64,000 nucleotides of DNA from Octopus sinensis (taxonomy: Eukaryota). The notes under the pieces were generated by a model. That model worked only from the letters and a program-made list of their open reading frames with translations, was not told where the DNA came from and made no database searches. The stretch is from positions 9,486,001-9,550,000 of the forward strand of contig NC_042997.1 in assembly GCF_006345805.1 (NCBI RefSeq). Reading direction: 5' to 3'. Below, one piece after another: positions 12,840 to 27,224 of the stretch (position 1 is its first letter; each line of letters starts with the position of its first letter). The position numbers were made by a program, and so were the translations under genes.

Positions 12840-13252
12840 GACACAGGAGTGGTTGTGTGGTAAGAAGCTTGCTTACCAACCACATGATTCTGGGTTCAGT
12901 CCCACTGCATGGCACCTTTGGCAAGTGTCTTCTACTATAGCCTTGGGCCGACCAAACCCTTGTGAGTGGATTTGGTAGGCAGAAACTGAAAGAAGCCCGT
13001 CGTATATATGTGTATATATATGTGTGCGTGTGTGTGTGTCTGTGTGTGTGGGGGTAGTCTGTATTTGTCCCCGCAACATCACTTGACAACTGATGCTGGT
13101 GTGTTTACGTCCTCATAACTTAGCAGTTCGGCAAAAGAGGCTGATAGAATAAGTACTAGGCTTACAAAGAATAAGTCCTGAGTCCGATTTGCTCGACTAA
13201 AGGCAGTGCTCCAGCATGGCCACAGTCAAATGACTGAAACAAGTAAAAGAAT
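12840..13252 (+). mobile_element. SINE S1, full length
   Basis: Matches the family along its whole length. Confidence 0.9.
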
Positions 13253-13752
13253 ATAAATTATTTAACAGTGAGATTCCAAACAATAACATATCCATTCACT
13301 CTTAATACATTATTGCAGACTGAAACATAAATGTCAGGTCACTGTTTATTTTATCATTAGAGAATACTGCCTCCTTTAAGGTGATGTGTATTCATAGCAC
13401 ATGCAATTCACTGGTGTAAGAAAACTTTAAGACCCCACTGTGTTTCAACCTTATTGTGTGTCTCCTCACTCATGGCTAGCCTGCTGTAACAGTGAATCTC
13501 TCCAGAGCACAAGCTCTTGATTATAGAAATCAGCTAGCAAAGGATTTTCCATGTACTGATGTCAGACGATGCATATGTATCTGGAGTCTAAAAAGTCAGT
13601 TACCAGCAATGACAGGCAACAAGCAACCACATCCTAGAAAGGAGAAGTTTTTGACAGAAAACAGAATGTTGTCATGTCAGATCGAGCACTATTTCCCTAT
13701 TAGGTGACGTGGATGGTGAGATTCTCCAAGTATGAAGAGTCAGCAATATTAG

Positions 13753-13990
13753 GGCAGCGAACTAGCAGAATCGTTAGCACATGGGGCAAAATGCTTAGCG
13801 GTAGTTCATCTGCCATTACATTTTGAGCTCAAATTCCGCAGAGGTCGACTTTGCCTTTCATCTTTTCGTGGTCGATTAAATAAGTACCAGTTACGCACTG
13901 GGGTCGATATAATCGACTTAATCCCTTTGTCTGTCCTTGTTTATTTCCTCTATGTTTAGCCCCCTGTGGGCAATAAAGAAATAAATATTA
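13753..13990 (+). mobile_element. SINE S3 with Nin/Deu-like central domain
   Basis: GTCGACTTTGCCTTTCATC..GGTCGAT.AAATAAGTACCAG resembles the Nin/Deu SINE domain; preceded by a B-box-like GAGCTCAAATTCC. Confidence 0.75.
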
Positions 13991-14007
13991 AGTGACCTAA
14001 CTCCAAC

Positions 14008-14411
14008 TCTTTACTCTTTTCTTTTACTCTTTTATTTGTTTCAGTCATTTGACTGCGGCCATGCTGGAGCACCGCCTTTAGTCGAGCAAATCGACCCCGG
14101 GACTTATTCTTTGTAAGCCCAGTACTTATTCTATCGGTCTCTTTTGCCGAACCGCTAAGTGACGGGGACGTAAACACACCAGCATCGGTTGTCAAGCAAT
14201 GCTAGGGGGACAAACACAGACACACACATACATATATATACATATATACGACAGGCTTCTTTCAGTTTCTGTCTACCAAATCCACTCACAAGGCATTGGT
14301 CGGCCCGGGGCTATAGCAGAAGACACTTGCCCAAGATGCCACGCAGTGGGACTGAACCCGGAACCATGTGGCTGGTTAGCAAGCTACTTACCACACAGCC
14401 ACTCCTGCGCC
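14008..14411 (-). mobile_element. SINE S1, full length, young
   Basis: Many CpGs retained; matches the family. Confidence 0.9.
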
Positions 14412-15008
14412 TAGCAATAAAGGGCTACACTTTGACTATCGATATTCATATTCATTCAATCACCCTTTCTCTCTCTCCACTTCTCTCTATCATCTACACA
14501 AAACCACATTAGCTGCCCCAGCTAAACTACTAATACAAGTCTTATGTTGCTCTGTTGGCTTCTTTTCTTAGAGTCATCACAATCCATACAGACTTTTAAC
14601 AATAAAAAAGAGGAATTGAAAAGGAAAGATTTGTCATCACATTCCTCCCCTTGGTGATTTCATTTATACTTTACAGAAATTTAGTGGCTCCAGCATTTTC
14701 ATTATTGTTAAACACATATTTTCACCCACTCACATGCACACACATGTGCACACACACACACACACACACAAATATATACTGCATATATCAGACATATTTG
14801 CAAGTATTTATGTCTGAATGTATGCATGTATATATATATATATATATATGTATTTGTGTATATACACACACACACACATATATATGTATACATACACACT
14901 CACACACATTTATATTTACACTTCTCTGTGTATAAATACTTATACACTCTTATAGATGAAAATATGTCTATTTGTATATATATATATATATATATATTTG
15001 TGCAAATA

Positions 15009-15428
15009 TGAGTGGCTGTGTGGTAAGTAGCTTGCTAACCAACCACATGGTCCCGGGTTCAGTCCCACTGCGTGGCATCTTGGGCAAGTGTCTTCTACTA
15101 TAGCCCCGGGCCGACCAATGCCTTGTGAGTGGATTTGGTAGACGGAAACTGAAAGAAGCCTGTTGTATATATGTATATATATATATGTATGTATGTATGT
15201 GTGTGTTTGTGTGTCTGCTGTGTTTGTCCCCCTAGCATTGCTTGACAACCGATGCTGGTGTGTTTACGTCCCCGTAACTTAGCGGTTCGGCAAAAGAGAC
15301 CGATAGATTAAGTACTGGGCTTACAAAGAATAAGTCCCGGGGTCGAGTTGCTCGACTAAAGGCGGTGCTCCAGCATGGCCGCAGTCAAAATGACTGAAAC
15401 AAGTAAAAGAAAAGAAAAAAGAAAAAGA
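15009..15428 (+). mobile_element. SINE S1, near full length, young
   Basis: Matches the family. Confidence 0.9.
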
Positions 15429-16738
15429 ATATATATATATATATATATATCTGGCTTTCCAGACCTCAGTCAAACCGTCCAACCCATGCCAGCATTGAAA
15501 ACGGACTTTAAATGATGATGATGATATATATATGTTTATATGTGTGTGTTTTTATGTGCTTGTGTGTATATATATGTGTATATGTATATTAGTGTGTATG
15601 TGTGTGTGTGTGCAAATACACACACACACACACTTCATAAATATATTTGTAGTGAAATATATGGATTCAGAGAATAATGTGGCTATTATAGAAAGCTCCC
15701 CTCGTGGCTTTGGATAGCAGACCACATAGACCAAATCTGAGAGGTATAATGCAAAGTTTCATACAGGTAAAATCCTGGAGATGCAATCACTAAGCAGCAT
15801 AAAAACCATAAAAAGTCAAGATGGTATGAGAGATGAATATATTTATCTCACCATTAGGATCACAGCTGTTTTGCACCCTTCATCATGTCATAATACTTTC
15901 AGTGTATAATAAATTATGTAACATGTTTGCACTAGCATGCATGCCATGTATAACACAATCGTATACAATGCAAATCAATGTTTTTAAAAAAAGCTAGCTC
16001 ATCTCACAATCTGATGAGTTAACTTTCGTTATCTACACTAATATGTAAATATACAACTATATAGTATAATGCATAGCATATAGCGTGCATATTAGTGCAG
16101 ACGTGTTACATAATTTATCATATGTTGAAATTATTACATGATGAAGAGTGTAAAATGGATGTAATCCTAAGGATGACAAATGATTAAGTAAATATATTTG
16201 CTTCTCATACTTCATGACATTTTATGATTTATATACATATATATTGTGCGGACATATATGTGTGTCTCTACTACTACAAAAGCTTGCATTGCTGAATAAG
16301 GAGAATGCTTGAGAGCCACAATGCCTACCCCTAGAATATCCTACTATAAGTGACTAGTTATCAAGTTGACATTAGTATGTTAATAAAGTAATTAATAATA
16401 TGAAAACAGGGAAGGTTCCTGGTCCATCAGAAATCAACTGTGAAATGCTGAAAATGTCACATGCTTTAGAGTACAGGCTAGTCATTCACTTAATCGATTA
16501 TATACCGCTGTCTGTTGCCTTAGCATATCCTATAATGTAGTTATTAAGTGACTGAAGATATATGAAGTCTAAAAGATATTCTAACTTTATCCAGAACATG
16601 GCATTCTCTCTGGAGCTGGTGCTTCAATTAAATGCACCCAGTACACTCTGTAAAGGGTAGGACTGAGGGGCCTCCTTAATCTTCTCAGGAGCAAAGTGAC
16701 CTCACTATGGCAGGTGTCATGAAAAAATACACTCTGTA

Positions 16739-16967
16739 CATCCCTTTCATTACTGTATTTATTTTGAGATGCTCCATGTTTCTTTCAATTAATTTTAAAT
16801 CTAACACAGGATTTAGTAAAATAACTTAATTATCATTAAGCTAGTGTTAGGAACATCAATTGTAACAAAAGTTTGGTGGAAGATTTTAATTCAAAACTTA
16901 TGAAAACTAGACATTTGTACTACATAGCCAGAGCCAGTTTCAGCCGGGTTGGTAATGAAAGGGTTAA
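16739..16967. mobile_element. piggyBac-like MITE
   Basis: 12-bp TIR CCCTTTCATTAC (16742-16753) / GTAATGAAAGGG (16952-16963). TTAA on the right; left target site degenerate. Confidence 0.6.
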
Positions 16968-17434
16968 GGAAAATGGCTGGCAAAATTAGGAGCATTTAGT
17001 CATGAGAAATAAACCAATAATGAAATGTACAAGAAGCATGTAATCTTCCAACACATCTAGGAGAGCAATCTCTTCAAACAAGAACTCATTGAGGCCTTTA
17101 TCACATGTCCAGGCCTTGCCAGCATGGAGAGCAGGCATAAGCAATGATATACATACATATAATAGACACACTTACATGCACACACTTACACACACACATG
17201 TATAAAAATATATCTATTATGTGTGTGCGTGAATACATGTGCAGACGTCTGAGTAGATTGTCAACTCTAACACAATAAACATATCAATCCACTGTATCCA
17301 ATGCATTGAGTTTCAGATAAGATAAATGTTTGCACAGCATAAAATAAATTTTATATCTCTTTCATGATACACCAACATACATGCACACACTCACACATAC
17401 ACACAGTTACATATGTAATGCACATATGCATGCA

Positions 17435-17471
<37 letters not shown>

Positions 17472-17544
17472 TCTTACAGACATGCTAATACGTATACACA
17501 CTCACACATCTTACAGACATGCTCATACGTATGCACACTCACAC

Positions 17545-17934
17545 ATTACATCAGACACCGACCATATTCTGAGCGCCTTGTTTCCCTGGGCATGGATTCA
17601 CTGAAGCTCCGGCATCTGGCGACGGACTTGGTAAACACCCACAAAGTTATCAACCACCTCACCAACAACAACACTGAACACCTTTTTGATCTCCATGTGT
17701 CTAACACACGTGGACATGCCTACAAAGTCAGAAAACAACACAGCTCCCATGACTTTCGGAAACATTTTTTCACACTCAGAGTTGCTGAAGCATGGAATAA
17801 ACTGCCTGCGTCAGTTGTTGACTGCCTTGACACTGCATCCTTTAAGGCCCTCATGCTTTCTGAAATCCGCCGAAACTACACCTGATTATATATACACTTT
17901 AGATGAGTTGTAGTGCACCTGAGCACTGTACACA

Positions 17935-17970
<36 letters not shown>
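17545..17970 (+). mobile_element. CR1-clade LINE 3' end with (ATT)n tail
   Basis: YSERLVSLGMDSLKLRHLATDL..TRGHAYKVRKQ..RKHFFTLRVAEAWNKLP is the typical CR1/L2 ORF2 C-terminus. Confidence 0.9.
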
Positions 17971-17974
17971 TTAC

Positions 17975-18575
17975 ATCCTTCACCGAATTGAATGCTCTTT
18001 GTCCTGCTCTTATCTTTTGTGAGACTTCATTCTTCATCTCTTACCTCATAGTTACTTCTCGACTGAGATATACATAGCTGTTCACCTCTTCTATCACCTC
18101 CAGCTGTTAAGTGACTGGTAAGTACTCCCTGAAACCATATGTATTTGACTTTCATATGGTTTGATCTTCAGGCTGACCATTGAACCCATGGAATCCAGTT
18201 CATCCAGCATCATCTGCAGCTGATTAGTGCTCTCCGCTATCAGTGCTATGTCATTAGTGTATCTTAAATGGTTGAGCAGCTCTTTGTTTATCATTACGCC
18301 TCTGTTCCAGTTCATGTTTCACCTGACCATCTCGAGACATGCTGTAGAAAGTTTAGGAGAAATGGTGTCTCCTTGCTTAACACCCTTCTCCACCTGAACA
18401 TTCACTGGTGAGGATAACAGGGCCACATTCGTTGTGTACATGGTATTTGCTTCCCTAAGGCGGGTGACATACTGCATCATCACACCTTGTTTTCTGAGAG
18501 TTTGCAGTACTGCGTTGATTTCAATGCTGTTAAAGGCCTTTTCATAATCAATGAATGCAATGCACAGCGGTAACT
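17975..18575 (-). mobile_element. RTE-clade LINE RT fragment
   Basis: CIAFIDYEKAFNSIE, GVKQGDTISPKL and LNHLRYTNDIALIAE motifs. Confidence 0.85.
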
Positions 18576-20126
18576 AGTACTCTCTTGATCCTTCCAGCCA
18601 CTGCATTAGAATAAATATACGATATATAGCGTTGTACGTCTTTCTGATCCCTCCCTGTTCTCTTGACAGGATTCTGAAGAGACCACTAGGAAAACCTCCA
18701 ATCAGGCGGAGTGACAGTTTAAGAAAGGTGTTCAGAACAATGTGGAGGAGAATGGTGAGAGCATGAGTGGAATGGAGCAAATGCTGTGGCTGCCAGAGCT
18801 GACTCAGCACTAGACAGCCTGGTCAATCCAAGTGATCCAAGCAATCCAAGAGACAGTCATAGAAATGGCAGTATCAAATGTGATGTTTACACAAAGTTAA
18901 ATGCTCAGGTCTATTCAGCTGTGCTAAAATGAAACTTCACTTTTGAACAATCTGAACAAATGAGAGTTCTAGACTTCTCACAATTACAAAAAAAAAATGT
19001 AAGAATTTCGTTAAACAGAACAGCATTTCTTTGTCACAGGATATCATTCAGGAAAAGGATAAGAGAAAATTCATATACCTCTAAAATTGGTCAAAGAATC
19101 ATAAATCTTCCCTCGTATCAAAGAGTACAACAAACTTTCCTGGATATATCAGGAAAAGTTCTCCCAAATCTAAAAGGCTAAAGTTATGGCACTATTTGCA
19201 GTATCTTCAAAACTGAAGACTTAGATTAAACATGATTGGAAATTATCAGATAATATTCTGGCTCTACATTTGAACTCTACTACACAGGTCAAAGAAATAA
19301 AAGAATGATAAGAGACATTAGAAATTATCTAGATTTGTGGTGTGTCATTACTTTTGTATCATAATATGGGAGAGAAGAGAAAGCAGGGCTAACAAAATAA
19401 GACATGAAAATGGGTTTGCAAGTCCTAATAATCCCCACAAGCTATGTGGCCACATTGGAACTGCACCTAATAGAATGTGTCAGTATAATAGGCATAAGAT
19501 TAATGATAGAGGATAGAAAGCCTAGCTGCTACACTGGCAAAACTAACCTCAAAGCTGAATGCCCTGAAAGAATGGTAAAGTTTAAAAAATAATGTAAATT
19601 GACTGCAATGGCAAAAAAAAAAAAAAAAAAAAACCACGGTCTCAAGAGCAGCACTAGCTGCAATTCTGGGGTGGCAAATGGAATATCATAATGCCCATTA
19701 TTACAAATAGATGAGCTAATGCCTTGTTCCTTAACATTACCAAGCAGTTGTATCACACTGTTATCGAGTAGTGAGAAAGAAACAATAATTACAGATGAAA
19801 ATGATAACCTGAAAGGGAGAAGCGGAGGGGGCAGAATCACAAAGAAGACTTAGCATAAAAGAATAAAAATGGGTGAGGAGGAATAATTTTTTCAAACTGA
19901 CAATGAAACCTTTCCAGAGGGAAATAACAAAGTAAATGAAGAGAACAAATATTAATTAAGACTCACCAGTCTTCAAAAAAAGAAAAAAAAAACAACCAAT
20001 TAAGTGACAAAATTTCACATCTGTGGTGCCATAGATTTTCTCAAGAAATTATAATGACTCGAAATCAGTTAGCTTCAGAATATAAACAACATGCAAAGGA
20101 CAGATTATTGATAAAATTTAAACTAA

Positions 20127-20289
20127 GGCGCAGGAGTGGCTGTGTGGTAAGTAACTTGATTACCAGCCACATGGTTCCGGGTTCAGTCCCACTGCGTGGC
20201 ACCTTGGGCAAGTGCCTTCTACTATAGCCTCGGGCCGACCAAAGCCTTGTGAGTGGATTTGGTAGACAGAAACTGAAAGAAGCCCGTCG

Positions 20290-20335
<46 letters not shown>

Positions 20336-20558
20336 CGTATGTTTGTGTGTCTGTGTTTGTCCCCCTAGCATTGCTTGACAACCGATGCTGGTGTGTTTAT
20401 GTCCCCGTCACTTAGCGGTTCAGCAAAAGAGACCGACAGAATAAGTACTGGGCTTACAAAGAATAAGTCCCGGGGTCTAGTTGCTCGATTAAAGGCAGTG
20501 CTCCAGCATCGCCACAGTCAAATTACTGAAACAAGTAAAAGAGTAAAAGAGTAAGAGT
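20127..20558 (+). mobile_element. SINE S1, full length
   Basis: Matches the family. Confidence 0.92.
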
Positions 20559-20911
20559 AAGTCATTGCACTGAACTTAAGAGAGATTACCTTCAAGATGC
20601 TGGAGTTATTCTTCAAGCTATGGATTCATGCATAGTTTGAGAAATGGTTAAAAATGGTTAAATAATGAGGGCCTAAAAGTAACCTAACTCGGCTTAACTA
20701 GTAAACTTTCATGAGTTATCTCCTTTAAATATATTTAATTGAATAATGATTTATCATGCATTTTTTCATATTTCTGGGCATTGATGACTATAAAGATATG
20801 CATAATATTATTCTAGAGTTTGAAAGAAACTGGTTTGCTGTTTTAAAGTTATTTAGTATGCAAATGTACAGACTGGGGATATTACCACAATGGCAACAAC
20901 AGCAGTTGTGT

Positions 20912-20957
<46 letters not shown>

Positions 20958-21329
20958 GCTAATCCTAGCATGGATTCTTTTAAAGAACAAGAGCAGGATG
21001 TGCTAAGCAGAATCAGCTTAAGTATATCATATATATAAATATAGAAATACATTAGATATATAATATATATTATAATAATAATAATATTAAGGAGTATAAC
21101 TCCAAACTTACAGGGAAAAATTCAATTTAGTATATAAGTAATTTTTCTCTAATTTATATATATATATATACATATGAATATAAGACATTGGGAATTATAT
21201 ATATGTGTGTGCGTGGGCACAAACACATATATAAAGGATTTCTATGACACATATATATATACACATATATGCATAAAAAAACAATGGGCTAAGCAAAAAT
21301 CTAAAAAGCAAAATGAGTATATCTGTTCA

Positions 21330-22400
21330 AACGCTTTACCTGAGACTCACTGAGATTTCTGTTGCAGCAGAAGCATTGTGTTTATGATCCTCTGTTTTTG
21401 CCAAATTCAAGGAAAATGCATTGAACAGATTATGCCTATGCATGCAGTGTTCATAGGCTTTCCAAAGGCTTTCAATGCCATATCCTGTGGTAGACTTTGG
21501 GTGGTTCTTAAGAAACAAGGATGTCTTCAAAGGTTCATTAACTTGATCAAAGTTGTCTTTGAGGGAATTGGCAGTGGGGATTTACATCCAGGCGTGACTT
21601 GATGCTGATCCTTTCAATGCTGCATTGCATAAAACCAGGACACAAAACTACAAAGACATTAATGTGAAAGATGTTGTCTGCTAACTATAGTGTGCTGGTT
21701 GCCCACAGCAGTGAAGATATGCAGAAACTGGTAGATAACTTTACCAGAGCTGCACAACAGTTCAGATTAAAGATTAACAAAGGAAAGACCAAATGCCTTT
21801 ACCAAGCTCTGGAGAACCTAACTGCCCCTATAACAGAAGAAAATATCACTATTAGACATGAAAGGCTAGCCCAGTGCAAAGCATTCAAATACCTAAGAGG
21901 CACCATCTCAGATAATGTATGACAGCGCCAGGAATTCACATACAGAATAAGCATAGTTAGTGCTTCGTTTGGCAGTCTGCAAGAGAGGCTGCAGAAAAAT
22001 ACGTATGTTTTTATATATGACAAATGTAAGGTATATCAGACTATAATGTTTTCTTCCCTCCTGTATAGAACTGACACCAGGACAGTCTATAAAGCTATAG
22101 TAGACAAGTTACATGCATATATCATGAGACAGCTGCAATGAATTAAGAATATCACTCTCTTTGACAAGATCAGGAATAAAGAGATCCTATGACATGCTGC
22201 TCTGTCTCTTATGATAAAAATGTATGTTGGTTGGGTCACACACACAGGGTGGACAACAACAGACTCCCCAGATAAATCCTCTACTCCCAACTATGCAAGA
22301 GAATAGAAACCATGGAAAACCTAGACTGAGATTCAAAGATGCTGCAAAAAGGAATATGAAGTGGAAAGGAATTGATCATAATAAATGGCTATCTTCCTTG
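21330..22400 (+). mobile_element. RTE-BovB-like LINE remnant
   Basis: GKCIEQIMPMHAVFIGFPKAFNA, LVAHSSEDMQKLVDNFTRAAQQFRLKINKGKTK, RNHGKPRLRFKDAAKRNMK. Confidence 0.85.
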
Positions 22401-22689
22401 ACAGTCCAGATCTTACATCCAACGAGACCTATCCCTCCCTTGTACCTAGGTACATACAGTCTACTGATATTGCGTTTAAGGTGCAGTTCCTTGTTCATTG
22501 TTATCATTTTCCTGGTCTTTCTATTCATTTCCTCCAGCTCAGTCTTTGTCCTACTAACAACACTTGCACCATATCACTCTAAAGAGACAGCCCATATATT
22601 CATTGGCCTGGCCTTTTTCTTTCCATTGAGAGCACCCTTACAATTAATTTGGTTCTCCTGAAATACTTTCATCTAACACTTTCCTTCAT

Positions 22690-23870
22690 CTAACTCTGAT
22701 TGTGTTGTGCTCCAAAATACTCAAATGTTTGTTTCTGTCCACCTGAGCATCCTTCATTCTCTTACATAAGGCAGTTATACACCATCAGAAGACATTACTT
22801 TCTCTTTCTTTATGATCAGGCCACCACGCATAAATTCCAAATTCCATCCTATTATCTTTACTGGATATCTGCACTGTTGAAACCAAATGATTTATCTCAT
22901 GCTCACTTGTACAGAAGATCTTTAAGTCATCCATATACAATAGGTGATTCAAATTTCTTCTACTTTTCAAGGTGTACCCTGATGCTACTTTCCATATTTG
23001 TGTGAGAAGTTTTATACAAATAACAACCAGCAACGTTGACAGACTGTCTCTCTGAAATATGCCTCTCCAGATGCTAACTCTCACGAAAAATTCTCCATAT
23101 AATGTTAACTCTGTGTTCCAATACTTCATTACATACTTGTACTTGTCACGGCGTTCACCCAGGGTGGGTTGAGCCGGCTTCTTCTCTGGTCCTAACAGCA
23201 TCATAAACCATGGCGGCCCATGCTCGACGGTCCTGTGTGAGGTCACTAGAGGTAGCGAGCCATTCGCGGTTCCATCTGTGCAGACCAACCACGTGCGGAC
23301 CTGAGAGTTTGGATAGGTCCTCTTTTATTGTCGTTGCCCAGGTCTTCAGCTGCCCACCCATGTGGCTTGCACCAGCTGGGAAGTGGAGGTGGGAGGTGGG
23401 AGGAGGACAGCATGAATCAGCTCACCCTCTGGATGCTGGGCCGCATAACCGAACCACCTTAAGCGCCGTTGTAGAAGCACCGAAGGCAGGGGCCGGAGAA
23501 TCAGGCGATGACAAAGACTGGCTGTAGGAATCCTACTACAGTACCTCAATGATCTGATATAATTCAAAATTATCAGACACCTGTGCAAACTCAATACTTT
23601 CTAAAATCCAGGAATGGGGACCATGTCACTAGCTTTTTTCTAATCAATCCACACCATATCCAGATTAGTATGTTCCCTTTTTTTACAATCATTCAGCACC
23701 ACTCTGTCAGAAGTTGATCTATTGTCCTTCAGTTTTTTTTCCTGCATATCTTCTGTTTCACCAGCAGCTTGTCATTCACTTCAAGGAAGGCATACACACA
23801 ATTAGATATTATTCCTGTCATCAACTTTCACATCAGCAGGTAGACAGGAAATTGGTCAGTAATTATCCAC
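22690..23870 (-). mobile_element. R4/Dong-clade LINE RT remnant interrupted by an RTE insertion
   Basis: PISCLP.. and DMVPHSWILE (about 23570-23860) continue as RGIFQRDSLSTLL..LNHLLYMDDLKI..MEFGI (22785-23140). Confidence 0.8.
23135..23555 (-). mobile_element. RTE LINE 3' end with short TACAAG tail
   Basis: LLQRRLRWFGYAAQHPEGEL and GGQLKTWATTIKEDL..DRRAWAA. Confidence 0.85.
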
Positions 23871-24734
23871 TGCATCACTTTTACAAGGGTCATCATCATT
23901 ATCATCAGCATCAACAGTAGCAGCAGCATTATAAAGATCATGATGATAGTTATCATCAGCAAAGACAGAACCATCATAGAAACCAGCAGTTCTTTCGAGA
24001 GAAAAATGTAAATAATATATGTGCAACCATGAAGCCTTCAGTTGTTACGTAAGTTACAACACAAATTTTATAAGAAACTTTGTATGAAAATACCGATAAA
24101 GATCATCATGATTTTTGCTCTTTTCCTTCTTCCTCCATCATATCCTCCTCATCATCATCATCTACTTTTTTGCACTGGCATCAGTTAATGATGTTTGCTC
24201 CAGCATGACCTCTCTCAGCTTCTCACAATTCTTTGTTTTCTTTTCCATAAGATTCTGAAATCACTTTGATCAAACATCACCACTTCTTCCCAGCTTTTCT
24301 TCTGCCATTTCATCTACAACTCCTTCTACTTGGATTGTTGCACACATTTTTAAAAAAAATCCAACTTTCATCTTTTATGTGCATTCTAGATCACATCCAG
24401 TGACTTAACTGATTGACATAAAAACATTTACAGGTGTGCTCCTATCTGGCCCTTAGGTAAGTTCTCCCTTTCTTTCTTTCTTACTCTCTCCTTCTCTCTC
24501 TCTGGTTCTACCTCTATAATGGCCAATCTGCTGTGGATAATTTTACCTGATGATATATAACATATCCTTATGCAACAAGTGAATGGCAAACTAGAAGGAT
24601 TAAGTGGAATAACTCAAATACAACAAAATACTTGGAACAATGGAGATTCTATGATGTTGTTCAACTTAGAAGCCACATCATTTTTCAATAATATGAAGTA
24701 ATGCAGCCCTAATATAGCTCTTAAAAAATCCCAG

Positions 24735-25345
24735 AATGCTCATAGCTCACGGCAGCCATATTCCTACCGCTCTATGTCATGCTGGTGAGACCCAATTTGG
24801 AGTACGGGATTCAAGCCTCTTCTCCTTATCTCCTCAAAGACATACATCATCTCGAAAGAGTCCAGAAGCTGGCTACCTGCATGGTTCTTGGTCTCAAGCA
24901 TTTGTCTTACGAAGAAAGGCTGAAGACGCTCAACCTTTATTCTCTTGAAAAACAACGACACTGTGGTGATCTCATTCTTGCTCACAACATCATAAGCGGA
25001 AAGTATAACCTCTCGAAAGAGCTGTTCTTCACTCCTTCGATTGAGATGAAATCGTTGTAGATAGAGCTTTTTGGAGTGACCCCGCAGCCCCTGCTCTGGA
25101 GCAGGTGAAGAACAGCTCTTTCGAGAGGTTACACTTTCTGCTTATGACGGAGAAAGCCGTCCGGGTTGTGGATCCGTGGAATAACCTGCCGGACAAGATA
25201 GTGAAGATGCCGACAACCGCTCGGTTCAAAGTCTCTCTTGACCAGAAATGGCCTGAACTCTTTGTATAACCATCCTCCCAGTACATAACTCCCTGTCCCC
25301 CCTACATGGCTTTGCTTCTGATTTTTGAGCCAATAAAAATTAAAT
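24735..25345 (+). mobile_element. CR1 LINE 3' fragment with internal inverted duplication
   Basis: LVRPNLEYGIQASSPYLLKDIHHLERVQKLAT..LSYEERLKTLNLYSLE. About 25035-25160 is reverse-oriented CR1; forward CR1 (DPWNNLP) then resumes. Confidence 0.9.
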
Positions 25346-27224
25346 TAAAAATTAAAATAGCTGGAATACCCATCACTATATGAGTCTTTGCTCTGATTGG
25401 ACCCAGACTAAACAATTAGAAAAAGTCTGCAGTGGATGTGAAACCAATACCAATAAGCAGGTAGTATATTGCTGTATCAACATAGCTATTGTACCACTCT
25501 GAATCATATAAACCATATAAAAAAAATCACATAAAGAAAGTTTTCTACCAAATTTTATAGCAATATTTGATTTTATATAGAAGTATTCATTTCTTTAAGA
25601 AGGACTGATCTCAATGTTATAAGATAGGTCACTGCTGGAATTCTAAATGCTTTATTATAGTTCCTTTGATATCATTTCTGTAATTTACAAGCTGTAAATT
25701 ACCTTACATCAAACCACATCATAAAATTTTGTAAAAGCGAAAATTAACTTTGATACATCACAAAATATTTTCTGATATGTTATGATTTTTTTATTCCTAC
25801 ATTTTTTTTTCTTTCTCATTTATTTATATACACATTTATTCTTTCATTTACTTTTCAAAACGTTTATACATTTGTATATTAATTATATCATTCACCTTTC
25901 CTGTGATAAAATATAGGGTGTATAGAGGAATGACAAGCTAGTTTGGCATGAGTCTTTGGAAATGAAGTTGATGAGTAGAAAATATAAATCATATGATAAA
26001 TGTTATATTTTTTAACTGAAGGTTGCAGTGATTATGCCATATGATTTGATTGAAATTTAAAGGTAATTTTCAAATTTTCACACATAAAACGTAACTCTTT
26101 CTTTCCTTTTTTGTTAGAAATATCCACTAATATCTGATGAAAGGAAAACTGAGGAACTGAGGCTGGTAGATATTAATGAGCAAGAACATATAACTGCTAT
26201 TTGATGTGGTAGAACACACACACACACACAAGCATGCTTCAGAAAGAGTTTGCAGCTATCATTTGGCTCTATCATCTTCAAAAGTTACAAAAATATATTC
26301 AATGAATTTTTTTTTTTTAATATTATACTGGAAAGCTAGATGGACATGGACATACAGCCAAATAAACCACTACATTGAACATAAAATTCTTAACAGAAGA
26401 AAGACATAAATATTTTGCCATCTTGTTCATCTTCTACAAAAAATTTGGTTATGTTTAACTAGAATATTCACAGTACTCAATTTATTCCATGACGAAATTT
26501 GAGGAAACAAAGAAGCTTCTTGCACCAATAAGGAAACCCCTATATAGTTGCTTGAACTAATAGAAATAACAGCTAAATCATCTTCAAATTAAATTCTACT
26601 GCCTTAAAAAGGGAAGGAGTCATTGGAGAATGTGGTTCTACATACAAACAAAGCACAAACAGAAGAAAATGTCTGTAAAGTTCAATATTCTGCAAAGTTA
26701 TTTGGCCAGTGTGTTAAAGGGAGTTACATAACATACATCTTTATGATGTCAATAACTCCCACTATCTAATTATATGTTTATCTGAAGAGTAAAATATCTT
26801 CTGTATGTAATGAAAAATCATTGCTTTCATCAAATATAATTACATTTTATAACTAAGCCTTTTTTTTTTAATATTCTAATAATATTACTGGAGTTTTAAA
26901 ACAAAATGTTAAAAATTACATTTTCGCTCAGATGTAAAGGTTATTAATGACTTCAATAACTAGCTACCCATTTGCACACTAGCACTTTTTCAAACTTTCT
27001 AAACACATTTTAGCTTGGCAAATCTAGTAAAGTTTCCATAAATGTATGATAATTTTGACTACAAACAGCATGGTTTCAGAAAAAGTTATTCTACTTTCTG
27101 CTCAAACCTTTAACTTCTCGGTAAAATTGCTATATGCTAATGACTTGCTAAAAATCTAAGTTACATCTACAACATTCCTCTCATAGCTCACCAAATTTTA
27201 ATGCCAAAATGTCAGCATCATCAT

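Noticed and set aside
26110-26200. Possible small + strand exon (KYPLISDERKTEELRL) or a CTGATGA ribozyme core
   Set aside because: Only a plausible acceptor, with no recognisable homology; no stem II/GAAA geometry for a ribozyme.
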